Origin: Hespellia sp.
GTDB taxonomy: Bacteria > Bacillota > Clostridia > Lachnospirales > Lachnospiraceae
Length of the DNA stretch: 64,000 nt
Direction of reading: 5' to 3'
Assembly (NCBI GenBank): GCA_028689735.1
Contig: JAQVCP010000007.1
Span: 20,962 to 84,961 of the forward strand
A program made the translations under genes and the position numbers. This document shows, in pieces, positions 17,905 to 28,381 of the stretch. Position 1 is the stretch's first letter. Each line of letters begins with the position of its first letter. The notes under the pieces were generated by a model. The model made no database searches. It had not been told where the DNA came from and saw only the letters and a program-made list of their open reading frames with translations.

Positions 17905-19434
17905 CTAAACCTCCTGTCTCTTGGCGCCAGTCATATAAAGGCCAAGTTCTTCTACCGTAATTTCTTCCGGTTTGAATTCTCCAACCAGTTCCCCTTCGTA
18001 CATAACAAGGATTCGATCGGATACGTCCATAACCTCGTCCAGTTCCAGGCTCACCAGAAGCACACCCTTTCCGGCATCTCTCTGAGCAACTAACTGTTTG
18101 TGTATAAATTCAATAGCACCAACGTCGACGCCCCGGATTGGCTGAACCGCAATGAGCAAGGATGGATCCTTGTCAATCTCCCGGGCAATAATTGCCTTCT
18201 GCTGATTTCCTCCGGACATGGCACGGACTGTCGTAATGGCACCCTGACCGGCACGCACATCATATGCTTCAATCAGACGGTCTGCATACTGGCGGATTTC
18301 TTTTTTGCGCAGCATACCGAACTTATCTGTAAAACGTGGCTCGTAATAACGTTCCAGTACCATATTCTGCTCCAGAGAATAATCCAGAACCAGACCATGT
18401 TTGTGACGGTCTTCCGGGATATGACTCATCCCCATAGCAGAACGTTTTCTGATGGATTCTTTTGTAATATCTTTTCCATTCAAATGGATAGTTCCAGCCG
18501 TCAAAGGCTCCAGTCCGGAAAGTCCATACACCAGCTCCGTCTGTCCATTTCCATCAATTCCCGCAATACACACAATCTCCCCTTCTCTTACCTGGAAAGA
18601 CACATCGTGAACTGCGTCTTTCTTTCTCCGACTAGAGGCAACGGAAACATGCTGTACATCCAGCACTGCCGCTCCCGGTCTGGCCGGCTCTTTTTCCACA
18701 CTGAAATTGACATCACGTCCAACCATCATGGCCGAGAGCTTTTCCGGAGTGGTATCTTTTGTATCTACAGTTCCTACGTATTTTCCTTTTCTAAGAACGC
18801 TACACCGATCAGACACTTCCATAATCTCATTCAGCTTATGGGAAATGAACAGGATGCTCTTTCCTTCTTTTGCAAGACCTTTCATGATCTGCATCAATTC
18901 TTCGATCTCCTGTACCGTCAGAACCGCAGTGGGCTCATCGAAAATCAGGATTTCATTATCACGGTAGAGCATCTTTAAGATTTCGGTTCGCTGCTGCATA
19001 CCAACTGTAATGTCCTCGATCAGAGCGTCCGGCTCTACATGAAGGTGGTAGCGCTCAGAGAGCTCCATAACCTTTTTTCTTGCTGCATCTTTTTGAAGCA
19101 GTCCGCTTTTTGTCGGCTCTACGCCAAGAATAATATTATCTAAAACCGAAAAACATTCTACTAATTTAAAATGCTGATGCACCATTCCGATTCCAAGATC
19201 ATTGGCATCATTCGGATTGTTGATTGTGACTTTTTTCCCGTCTTTGTGTATTTCTCCTTCTTCTGGCTGATACAGACCAAACAGAACACTCATCAGTGTA
19301 GATTTTCCAGCGCCATTTTCCCCAAGAAGTGCATGGATTTCGCCCTTTCTTAACTGGAGTGTGATATTGTCATTGGCGACAATACCCGGAAAGCGTTTGG
19401 TGATGTTCAGCATCTCAACGGCATATTCTCCCAT
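17905..19434 (-). CDS. Nucleoside ABC ATP-binding protein with two NBDs (NupA/YufO-like)
   Basis: GENGAGKST, FDEPTAVL, MSGGNQQK. Confidence 0.95.
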   Translation of the reverse strand: MGEYAVEMLNITKRFPGIVANDNITLQLRKGEIHALLGENGAGKSTLMSVLFGLYQPEEGEIHKDGKKVTINNPNDANDLGIGMVHQHFKLVECFSVLDNIILGVEPTKSGLLQKDAARKKVMELSERYHLHVEPDALIEDITVGMQQRTEILKMLYRDNEILIFDEPTAVLTVQEIEELMQIMKGLAKEGKSILFISHKLNEIMEVSDRCSVLRKGKYVGTVDTKDTTPEKLSAMMVGRDVNFSVEKEPARPGAAVLDVQHVSVASSRRKKDAVHDVSFQVREGEIVCIAGIDGNGQTELVYGLSGLEPLTAGTIHLNGKDITKESIRKRSAMGMSHIPEDRHKHGLVLDYSLEQNMVLERYYEPRFTDKFGMLRKKEIRQYADRLIEAYDVRAGQGAITTVRAMSGGNQQKAIIAREIDKDPSLLIAVQPIRGVDVGAIEFIHKQLVAQRDAGKGVLLVSLELDEVMDVSDRILVMYEGELVGEFKPEEITVEELGLYMTGAKRQEV

Positions 19435-19466
19435 TTTGATTTTCCTCCTTCGTTATCCTCTCATCC

Positions 19467-20657
19467 TTACATGATGGTTCCTTCTCTGACATTGACCTGT
19501 ATTGAAACTTCCGGCATCTGCTCCACAGAATCATTGACTGTGATTTCCCCATTGTAAAGACTGTTTACCAGTGCATGATAATCATCCACCGTAAACTTAT
19601 CATTCCACTGTGTCGATTCTTCCGGAAGTCCCACATAATTCAATGACATATCCTCTCCGGAAACCAGTCCAAGACTTTCGATTTTCCCAACATGCTCCTC
19701 CCAGGTATCCGTCCTAATAATCGCATCCAACATAGCATTCACAGTTGCGGTCAGACTCTTCATAGCCGATGTTACCGTCATGCCCTCTCCGTATGCATCG
19801 ATGATGGCTGCCTGGTCATTGTCTACTCCGATGACCTTCCCGCCGGTCTTTGCTGCTGCCTCTGCCGCTGAAGTAAAAATACCGCCTCCACATGCAAATA
19901 CGACTTCTGTTCCGCTGCTGTACCATGTATCCATGGCGGCTGTAATCTCTGTGGAACCATAGAACTGTCCGCCGTAAGCGTACTGGACACTGACCTCATC
20001 AGTGATTCCAAGTTCATTCGCCGCATCATTGATTCCCTGAACAAAACCGTATCCGAATCTCATAACCGCAGGCACTGCCATTCCCCCCAGATATCCAAGA
20101 CTGTGATATCCCATCCGAACGGCTGCATACCCTGCCATATAGCCCGGAAGCTCTTCCTTGTAAACTGCACAATAAGTATTCTCTGTATTATAATAATCTG
20201 CTTCATCATAGGCGTCCGGATTATCGTAATATGCATTTCCAACTGCTGTAGAAATGATATCTCCGGCTGTCATATCCATTACGATGAATTTAACATCCGG
20301 GTACTTAAAGGTGGTTTCAATCAACGTCTCGGCAAAAACATATCCCGCCATTACGATGACATTGTACCCATCCGCCACTGCCACATCTACCATAGCGATA
20401 CGTGCGTAATCTGTGTCTCCGTCCGGTTTCAGATATGTGAAATCCACATCATTTTCTGAACAGTATGCATCACAGGCTTCATAAGTTGTCTGGTTAAAAG
20501 ACTGATCTGTAATATCTGCAGAGTCTGTAATCATTGCAACACGATACTTTGAGCTTCCTTTATCCTCCGTTCTCCCTGACCTGGATCCGCAGGCCGTCAG
20601 CGAAAACAGCATGACAACAGCCAGCAGAGCAGACAAGGCTCTCTTTGTCTTTTTCAT
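19467..20657 (-). CDS. BMP family nucleoside-binding lipoprotein
   Basis: Lipobox LTACG; DQSFNQ, VVFACGG, VIGVDNDQ, TSAMK. Confidence 0.9.
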   Translation of the reverse strand: MKKTKRALSALLAVVMLFSLTACGSRSGRTEDKGSSKYRVAMITDSADITDQSFNQTTYEACDAYCSENDVDFTYLKPDGDTDYARIAMVDVAVADGYNVIVMAGYVFAETLIETTFKYPDVKFIVMDMTAGDIISTAVGNAYYDNPDAYDEADYYNTENTYCAVYKEELPGYMAGYAAVRMGYHSLGYLGGMAVPAVMRFGYGFVQGINDAANELGITDEVSVQYAYGGQFYGSTEITAAMDTWYSSGTEVVFACGGGIFTSAAEAAAKTGGKVIGVDNDQAAIIDAYGEGMTVTSAMKSLTATVNAMLDAIIRTDTWEEHVGKIESLGLVSGEDMSLNYVGLPEESTQWNDKFTVDDYHALVNSLYNGEITVNDSVEQMPEVSIQVNVREGTIM

Positions 20658-20679
20658 AGTTTCCTCCTAATTTGTAAGG

Positions 20680-20727
20680 TTCTTTCTATCTAAACTTCTT
20701 TCTATCCAAAGTTCTTTCTATCTCAGC
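20680..20727. repeat. 3 x 16-bp tandem repeat between deoB and the BMP gene
   Basis: TTCTTTCTATC-TAAAC / -CAAAG / -TCAGC. Confidence 0.9.
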
Positions 20728-20750
20728 TTCTTCTGTTTTGAAAATTCTTG

Positions 20751-21942
20751 TTATTTCAGCGCGTCTAAAATGGATGTTCCAATTGTTCCTTCTGGCATCT
20801 CCACCTCGAAATTCTCAGCAATGGTTGCACCGATGACAGCAAAGGTATCCTGCTCCGGCAGCATACCTTCACCCTTCATGGATTTGGAATACGCAAGAAA
20901 CGGCACCTTTTCTCTAGTGTGGTCCGTTCCGGAATAAGTCGGATCATTTCCATGGTCTGCAGTGATTATCAGCAGATCCTCTTCTTCCAAATGCTCCACT
21001 AAAATTCCCAATTTGACATCGAACTTTTCAATCTCTTCTGCATAGCCAGCCGGATTTCTTCTGTGTCCCCATTTTGCATCAAAGTCAACCAGATTGACAA
21101 AACAAAGTCCGGTAAAGTCCGTCTTTGTCTCTTCAATGGTCTGCTCCATTCCATGAACAGAAGAATCCGAATGCAGTGCTTTGGTTATTCCTTCCCCGAC
21201 AAAAATATCATTGATTTTTCCAATAGAAATGACATCATATCCTTTGTCTTTGAGTACATTCAGCACTGTCTGACCGAACGGCTTCAGGGCATAGTCGTGA
21301 CGGTTACTTGTTCGCACAAATTCACCTTTTTTTCCTGCCAACATATGGGCGGGCAATGACTCTTCCAACCTTCCACTCTTCTCTCAACGTCAGCTCCCTT
21401 GCGATCTCACAGCAGCGATATAATTCTTCCAGCCCAAAAGTCTCTTCATTTCCACAAATCTGAAGCACGGAATCTGCTGAAGTATAAACAATCATTTTCC
21501 CGGTTGCTATTTCTTCTTCCGCCAGCTCATCTAAAATCTCCGTTCCACTGGAACTCTTGTTTCCAATAATCTTATGTCCCGTTCTCTTCTCCAGCTCTTC
21601 GATGAGTTCCGAAGGAAATCCATGATCGGTAAACGTCTGAAATGGTGTCTTCGTCCCAAGTCCCATCATCTCCCAATGTCCCGTCATCGTATCTTTTCCA
21701 TTGCTGGTCTCTCTTAGTGCCGCCTGATATCCCAGAGGTTTTTCTACTGGGGCAACCTGTTTTAATTTGGCCAGATTGGCCATTCCAAGCTTTTGAAGAT
21801 TCGGAATCTTGAAGATTTCGACTGACTCCGAAATGTGTTTCAGTGTATTGACACCCACATCACCAAATTTTTCTGAATCCGGCATTGCGCCGATTCCAAG
21901 AGAATCCATTACCACTACAAAAATTCTTTTATATCGTTTCAT
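20751..21942 (-). pseudogene. deoB: Phosphopentomutase, split by a +1 frameshift in an A7 run (21327-21333)
   Basis: [27 protein letters not shown] then frame change; [32 protein letters not shown] in the second frame. Confidence 0.9.
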
Positions 21943-21983
21943 ACTTTCCATCTCCACATCCTGACATATGGTACCTTTCTTTA

Positions 21984-22403
21984 TTATGCTAAATTTCCCG
22001 GTCCAAATCCCATCGGCATCAAAGCTGCTAATGTATAAACCAGATAATCTTCTGTACTTTTTGCCAGCAGGATTTCAAACCCCTCAGGATCACAGAATTC
22101 CATCATCACCTGCCTGCAGACCCCGCAAGGGGGTGCAAACTCGCTCAGCACTCCATCCTGACCACCTACGATACAAATCGCTTCAAACTCTGTCACCCCT
22201 TCACTGACTGCCTTGAAAAATGCAGTGCGTTCTGCACAGTTTGTCGGTGTATAGGCCGCATTTTCAATGTTGCATCCAGTAAATATGGTCCCGTTCTTTG
22301 CTAAAAGTGCTGCGCCTACTTTGAAGTTTGAGTAAGGTGTGTAAGAAAAATCCAACTGTTCTATTGCCATCTTAATCAACATTTTTCTTTTTTCTGAATC
22401 CAT
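21984..22403 (-). CDS. cdd: Cytidine deaminase
   Basis: [33 protein letters not shown]. Confidence 0.95.
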   Translation of the reverse strand: MDSEKRKMLIKMAIEQLDFSYTPYSNFKVGAALLAKNGTIFTGCNIENAAYTPTNCAERTAFFKAVSEGVTEFEAICIVGGQDGVLSEFAPPCGVCRQVMMEFCDPEGFEILLAKSTEDYLVYTLAALMPMGFGPGNLA

Positions 22404-22459
22404 ATGATCTCCTTTTATATTCTTCCCATCCGTTCTCTCATCAACAAGCGTTCTTGATT

Positions 22460-23239
22460 CTATTTCTTTTCTTTATCCGCTTTGATTAGATTTCTAATTC
22501 CTTGTACCGCCACACGGATCGCCATATCAGTATCATGCACAATCGGATTTTCCAGCCCGGCCTTTTCGCGTTCCTGATTGGCGAGAACTAAAAAGCAGGA
22601 TCCCACTCTGACTCCCAGGCTGCTGCCTACGATAAAGAGTGCTGCCGATTCCATCTCAGACGCGAGACATCCAAGTCTTTTCCACGCCTCCCATTTATTC
22701 ATCAGTTCATAGCTGACTGGCTTCGTCTCCGGTGAATGCTGCCCGTAAAATGCATCCTTGCACTGAACAACACCTACATGATAAGGCTGATTCATCTCTT
22801 TCGCCGCTGTGATCATAGAGTTCATAACATCCACATCCGGTACTGCCGGAAACTCAATCGGTGCATATTCTTTGCTGGTTCCTTCCATGCGGATGGCTCC
22901 ATTTGCAATGACTACATCACCGCTCTCTACATTCAACTGCATCCCGCCACAGGTTCCGATACGGATAAATGTATCCGCTCCGGCATTCACCAGTTCTTCC
23001 ATTGCGATAGAAGCCGATGGACCGCCGATTCCGGTGGATGTAACACTGACTTTCTCTCCGTCAAGGTATCCTGTGTACGTTACATATTCTCTGCTGTCTG
23101 CAACGAACTTTGCATCGTCAAAATATTTCGCTATTTTTTCACAGCGTTTTGGATCTCCCGGCATAATTACGTAACGTCCTACGTCACCTTTTCCCACTTG
23201 AATGTGATACTGCTTGCTTGCGTCTTCTGAATAGTTCAT
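22460..23239 (-). CDS. udp: Uridine phosphorylase
   Basis: [33 protein letters not shown]. Confidence 0.95.
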   Translation of the reverse strand: MNYSEDASKQYHIQVGKGDVGRYVIMPGDPKRCEKIAKYFDDAKFVADSREYVTYTGYLDGEKVSVTSTGIGGPSASIAMEELVNAGADTFIRIGTCGGMQLNVESGDVVIANGAIRMEGTSKEYAPIEFPAVPDVDVMNSMITAAKEMNQPYHVGVVQCKDAFYGQHSPETKPVSYELMNKWEAWKRLGCLASEMESAALFIVGSSLGVRVGSCFLVLANQEREKAGLENPIVHDTDMAIRVAVQGIRNLIKADKEKK

Positions 23240-23444
23240 ATATAATTCTCCTTTTCTTTTCATAATGTATTTTCGGTTTCTATATAATTGATTCCCAATA
23301 TCTCAACCGCGTTAACGATATTATATAAACAAATCGATTGCGAAAAAAGGACTCCAGTGTCAATTTACAAAAAAAGATGAGTTTTTTTCTCTCACCTTTT
23401 TTTAAGACTGTATCTTTCTTTTCCCAATCGGGGGCTGGAGTCCC

Positions 23445-24833
23445 TTAATTGCGATCGATCAATTCGGATACAATGATATTCAATTCTTCATATTGTTCCT
23501 GAGACATTACAAAACGACTTCCTTCTCTCGTAATCAGTCCGTTATCAGCCAGCTTTTTTAGTGAGCGGTCAATGGTCTTAACACTAAGTCCTGTTGAATC
23601 CGCAAGCTCCTGTCTGGAACGTCGAAGCTCCAGCTTTCCATTTTTCTGATATTTGCTGTATGCGTCTACCAGATACAGCGTAAATCGATTGGACCCCTGT
23701 AAAAAGAGGTAAGCTCTCCCCCTCTTGCTCTGTTCCATCAGATATCTCGCGATATTCTTTGTCTCAAGCTTCAGCGCCCTAATGTCTCTTCCCATCCACT
23801 GAGAAAATGTGCTGCGCGGAATCTTGGCAATGGTACATGGAGTAATGGTCTCCAGAGTTGTCTGATACAGCTCCGTTCCCTGTACAACTTCCATCCCACC
23901 AAATGCAAAAACATCTTCAAACTGCATAAAGTCAAAGACAATTCCATAAATACGATAGTCCACTGCTTTTACCGAGCCCTTTCCTACCATATAAATCATA
24001 TTTGCAGGTTCCCCTTCCCGGATGAATACTGTATTTTTTCCATACTCCTGTACCTGAATTGCCGAAAGAAGCCAGTCCGGAGCGGACAAAAAGTATTCTT
24101 CAAACTGCTGGCGTCTCTCCTCATCAATCTCATCCAGAAACGGAAGATATGGAAGAAGCCGCTGATGCACAGCGTCACTGGTTCCCGTCCGGGTTTCTTC
24201 GTTTTCCGCTGCCTGTTTTTTTTTCTCCTCAAGAATACTTTGCATCTTGCAGATCACAATGTCTGCCGCCACCCGGTTCTTTCCACTATTTACAACAATA
24301 TCCGCCATTGCACGGGTTGGCTGCACATAGAGATTATGCATGGGCTTAACCGTTGTCAGGTATTGCTCCATAATATTCTCCATATCTCTTCCACGTTCCT
24401 TTGTATCTCTGGCAATCCGGCGAAGAATACGCTCATCTGCATCTGCATCTACAAAAATCTTGATATCAAGCATATCACGCACCCGCTCATCCACCAGAAG
24501 TAAAATCCCCTCCACTAAAATGATAGGACTTGGTTCTACACATACGGTCTTTTCTGAGCGGTTATGCTGGCTGTAATCATAGACAGGGCCATCAATCGCA
24601 TGTCCCTCCTTTAACAGCTTCAAGTGCTCCAGCAGAAGATTCGTCTCCAGAGAATCCGGGTGATCATAATTCACCTTCTGTCTCACCTCAAATGGTATAT
24701 CTTCCTGCTTCCGATAATAATTATCATAATAAATCACCGCGACCTCATCGCCAAACTGCTTTTTCAATCTCTTTGTAAATGTAGATTTCCCAGAACCGGT
24801 TCCACCGGCAATTCCAATAATTATGCTCTCCAT
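23445..24833 (-). CDS. Uridine kinase fused to a Crp/Fnr-family cNMP-binding and HTH domain
   Basis: N-half GGTGSGKST, NYDHPDS, EGIL, RRIARD, QYLTTVKPMH; C-half VFIREGE, GKGSVKA, SRQELADSTGLSVKTIDRSLKKL. Confidence 0.9.
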   Translation of the reverse strand: MESIIIGIAGGTGSGKSTFTKRLKKQFGDEVAVIYYDNYYRKQEDIPFEVRQKVNYDHPDSLETNLLLEHLKLLKEGHAIDGPVYDYSQHNRSEKTVCVEPSPIILVEGILLLVDERVRDMLDIKIFVDADADERILRRIARDTKERGRDMENIMEQYLTTVKPMHNLYVQPTRAMADIVVNSGKNRVAADIVICKMQSILEEKKKQAAENEETRTGTSDAVHQRLLPYLPFLDEIDEERRQQFEEYFLSAPDWLLSAIQVQEYGKNTVFIREGEPANMIYMVGKGSVKAVDYRIYGIVFDFMQFEDVFAFGGMEVVQGTELYQTTLETITPCTIAKIPRSTFSQWMGRDIRALKLETKNIARYLMEQSKRGRAYLFLQGSNRFTLYLVDAYSKYQKNGKLELRRSRQELADSTGLSVKTIDRSLKKLADNGLITREGSRFVMSQEQYEELNIIVSELIDRN

Positions 24834-24995
24834 CTCTCATTCCTTCTCTTACTCATCTGCTTCAATGATCTTCTTACATGTATTTTATCCATATGAACAA
24901 AATTTTCTCTCATTTGGATAAATATTTGTGATAGAACCCTCTTGTTTTTATAGCCTTCTAAAGATTAGTACCCCAACTACCTGTACATACTTGAA

Positions 24996-25313
24996 TTATA
25001 TTCTATTATCTCTATAATTACAATATAAGCGTTCGTAGCTCTGCAATGCAATCGGCTTCCTGCAAAAATCTTTCATACCCGTTTCCTCTTCAGTGCCAGA
25101 ATAAATGCCTGATAAACAATCAATATTAAGGTGCGCATTATACACACATACCCCTGGCTCATGTTCATAGAGACATATTCGCTTTATATCGAAATCAAAG
25201 CAGAGATGCCCTGTCTTACGACGGGGCATCTGATGTAGCTTCCTTTGTTTTTTGGAGGGACACCTTATAATCCAATTCAAAACGTAAATGCAGCAAAAGC
25301 CAAATTTTTTCAA
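24996..25313 (-). CDS. Possible Cys-rich hypothetical protein
   Basis: ORF follows the acidic gene on the same strand; weak RBS, no recognisable motif. Confidence 0.3.
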   Translation of the reverse strand: MKKFGFCCIYVLNWIIRCPSKKQRKLHQMPRRKTGHLCFDFDIKRICLYEHEPGVCVYNAHLNIDCLSGIYSGTEEETGMKDFCRKPIALQSYERLYCNYRDNRI

Positions 25314-25340
25314 TTGGATTGTAATTCACTGTTCATGTCT

Positions 25341-25619
25341 TTATCTCGTTTTTATTTTCTGCCAACCTTCATCTGCATCCCTATTTTCCTCATACTCATC
25401 CAACATTTTTTCTAATTCCGAATCCACTTCACATTCTTGAAAACAATCCACTTCATCCAATTCATTCAGCATTACATCCAGCTCCGATGGTTCCCGACTA
25501 TCCAGTATCTCTCCGTCAAATTCTTCCAGATTAACCTCCGCAAATTCCTCGAATGATTCACTGGTTCCTTCTTCGCAGGCCTCGTCATAATCCACACAAA
25601 AATCAAATCCTTCATCCAT
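25341..25619 (-). CDS. Very acidic small protein
   Basis: About 36 of 92 residues D/E by hand count; basic C-terminus WQKIKTR; 14 nt after the ATPase stop. Confidence 0.7.
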   Translation of the reverse strand: MDEGFDFCVDYDEACEEGTSESFEEFAEVNLEEFDGEILDSREPSELDVMLNELDEVDCFQECEVDSELEKMLDEYEENRDADEGWQKIKTR

Positions 25620-25633
25620 AGTCCCTGTCTCCT

Positions 25634-28324
25634 TTACAATTCTTTGTTTTTTTCGGATGGGAATTCCGTTAAAATCACTCTTTTTTCTTCCTTACTTATC
25701 ATAAGATTTTTTTCCATGATCAATTTTCTCAGCACTTTAATTCTGGAACAGATTATCATTTTTTGCTTCTGTTCCGGGGAGTATACAGAAAACTCTTTTT
25801 CCATTAGAACCGGAAGATAAAACACACATTTTTTTAAATCTTTTGTATTCTTGATAGAATTTCTGTATTTTTGTATCGCAACATTTGCTAAATATTCGCA
25901 GTCTGCTCTCATATCAAACTCACAGGTCTTGGAATCCGTCATACAATATCTGCACTCCGAATAAGGTTTTAACAACATTTTATGCTGATGCCAATACACG
26001 TCATGTTCTGCCACCTCTTCATCGGAGACGCTCAAGCGAATCCCTTCTTTTTCTCGAATGTCCTCTGTATAAACAATCTGGGGAGCATCCAGTCTGCTGT
26101 AATACACAAAAGCTTCTCCGGGTTTTAGTCTGGACAGCTTTTCTAGTGCATCTTCATCCATATTTGTGCTGTCTGCAATAATGTTCTTTTCTGTGGTCTG
26201 CACCAGTCGGAAAGCAACCTTTATATCTGTGTTGGCAACGATCTCCCTGCTGACTTTTGAAGGTGACTGATCCGCAATGAGGATGCTCGTTCCGTAAGAA
26301 CGAATTTCAGCAACCATATCTTGCAGTGCCTTTACTGTTGTTCCTTTTGAGTCTGCTTTATCCTCTCCTCCGCTTCCTCCATCGAACACCACATGCGCTT
26401 CGTCAATTAAAATAGCATTTTTCAATTCTCCGTCCCCCACTTGATTGTGCTTGGTATAAACGCATATATTAATGAGCAGCAAAGCCATAATTAACGCTTT
26501 TTGTTCTGCATTATCAATGGAATTCAATTCAAGAACCGTAGGAACCGATAATAAATCTTCAATTGGTACCGTGTGGATGGAATCATATATATTACTGTTT
26601 TGTTCAATTAGATTCATCAGCCGCAAAAGACCTGCACTCTCAAGATTTCCTTTTACTTCTTTACTATATGTAGAATCTACCAGCATTTTTTTGAAGACCA
26701 TAATAAATTCGTACAGGCCAAATGCTGTGGCGTCTGAGTCTCCGGACTTGCTATAATCTTTCCACCCGTACTGGATATAACATGCCCGAATTGCCTTCAG
26801 GAAAATCATATCCAACGGTGACGGCATAGAAAAAGCTGCTTTGAATGCGCTTGCAAGACTTGGAATATACTGCTCCACCCGAATTCCTTTCGGTGGAATA
26901 AACGGATTAATCACAAACGGTGATACTGTCTGGTTTCCCGGTGTAAATATTTGAAGTTCCGGTATTACTTCCAGCATTGCCCGATATTCTGTTTTTGTCG
27001 GTTCTATGGCAAGGAATGGAATCCCTCTTTTTGCAAACTGTAACAAAAGCGATACTGCAAATGTGGTCTTTCCGGAACCGGGGGTTCCAACAATGAGCGC
27101 ATGTTTGGTAAGCGCCTTTTTCGTACATCCAATGTAAATTTTTTTAACTCCGCCCGCCTGAAGCCATCCAAACTGAATATTCTCTTTATTCACAACATCT
27201 GCTGAAAACTGTTCGACCATCTGCATTCCCTGACTACTTGCAATAGCCCCCATCGTTTTTTCATATAACGGAATCCTAAAAAACGTTGACGCTTCCTCCG
27301 CAGTCATCAGATACGGCAGTCGAAACAATTTCTGCGCCAGAGGAAAGGATGCCTGTATTGCTTTATTTCTATAAAGATACAAAAGCTTGTTATTGATGTT
27401 CCATCCATACACCGGAAGCTGTGACTTCAAATTAATTTGTTCCCCGGTAATGTTCAGACATAAGCAATCACTTGTCGCCTTTTTCATTCGTCCACCTTGA
27501 AGCAGACTGATGATTTTCGCTGCCAAGCTTGCACAGTCCGATTGGTTTCCATAGGTTAATATGTTATACAAAAACATTGGTTGTTCTCGGTGTTCTTCAT
27601 AATATGCAAAACATTTTAGTGGTTCTTCTGCCAGTAAATCTTTATATGGCTGCCCATTCACAACAGTCCCCTCTTTGATTCTTCCTAATTCTGCCGTCAC
27701 TTCATTGACAAGATATTTTTCTGCTTCTGTCCACGAAGTCGTAAAAACTTGAAAACTGACAGCACTGTGTTTCTGACAGCTTAGCGTTGCAATCAGATCA
27801 TTGAAATTATTCGGATTTTCTCCAGGAATCACATCTGCATAATAATATGGATAAAGAGAATTAGAATTAGAAATTGTTTTTTCACTCTTTACAATTGCAT
27901 AAACGCACTGACTGCACACTTTAGAAAGAAGCGCATCAAAATTTCCCTCTTTCCATCGAATTTCTTCTATCTTGCACCCATTGGAACTTAACGCAGTAAC
28001 AAAATTACTCTTTATACTAACAACCTGGCTCTCTGCCTGTTCCTTTCGGTTTCCTATCCGGCGAATGATACAATATATATGAATTCGGGAAGAGAATGTC
28101 TGATTTTCTATCTCTTCTGTTACCCATAAAAATTCCAGACAAGTACCATCTCCACAAAGCTTATGGGACTCTAATAATAAATGCTGGAATAAGACTGCAA
28201 TTGCAGAAGGAGTATTTTTTCCGCCCTCTGTCTCTTTATTTCCCGGAAATGAAGTAATTTCAACAATTTCCATCGCAAGATATTTTTCACCACTCAATTC
28301 ATATATCATTTTTCCATTCCCCAT
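25634..28324 (-). CDS. HerA/FtsK/VirB4-superfamily P-loop ATPase (DUF87-like) with long N-terminal domain and Cys-rich C-terminus
   Basis: HALIVGTPGSGKTT (Walker A), AIEPTKTEY, ILIDEAH (Walker B), EIRSYG..IADQSP, LKPGEAF; C-terminal ECRYC..C..C. Confidence 0.85.
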   Translation of the reverse strand: MGNGKMIYELSGEKYLAMEIVEITSFPGNKETEGGKNTPSAIAVLFQHLLLESHKLCGDGTCLEFLWVTEEIENQTFSSRIHIYCIIRRIGNRKEQAESQVVSIKSNFVTALSSNGCKIEEIRWKEGNFDALLSKVCSQCVYAIVKSEKTISNSNSLYPYYYADVIPGENPNNFNDLIATLSCQKHSAVSFQVFTTSWTEAEKYLVNEVTAELGRIKEGTVVNGQPYKDLLAEEPLKCFAYYEEHREQPMFLYNILTYGNQSDCASLAAKIISLLQGGRMKKATSDCLCLNITGEQINLKSQLPVYGWNINNKLLYLYRNKAIQASFPLAQKLFRLPYLMTAEEASTFFRIPLYEKTMGAIASSQGMQMVEQFSADVVNKENIQFGWLQAGGVKKIYIGCTKKALTKHALIVGTPGSGKTTFAVSLLLQFAKRGIPFLAIEPTKTEYRAMLEVIPELQIFTPGNQTVSPFVINPFIPPKGIRVEQYIPSLASAFKAAFSMPSPLDMIFLKAIRACYIQYGWKDYSKSGDSDATAFGLYEFIMVFKKMLVDSTYSKEVKGNLESAGLLRLMNLIEQNSNIYDSIHTVPIEDLLSVPTVLELNSIDNAEQKALIMALLLINICVYTKHNQVGDGELKNAILIDEAHVVFDGGSGGEDKADSKGTTVKALQDMVAEIRSYGTSILIADQSPSKVSREIVANTDIKVAFRLVQTTEKNIIADSTNMDEDALEKLSRLKPGEAFVYYSRLDAPQIVYTEDIREKEGIRLSVSDEEVAEHDVYWHQHKMLLKPYSECRYCMTDSKTCEFDMRADCEYLANVAIQKYRNSIKNTKDLKKCVFYLPVLMEKEFSVYSPEQKQKMIICSRIKVLRKLIMEKNLMISKEEKRVILTEFPSEKNKEL

Positions 28325-28381
28325 ATTGAATTTCAGTCCCTCTTAAATTTGCTTTCTGCAAATCTACTGACACTGTATTTT

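Noticed and set aside
23330-23341. Definite LacI/CcpA operator upstream of udp
   Set aside because: Only an 8-bp core palindrome (AATCGATT); too weak to call as a feature
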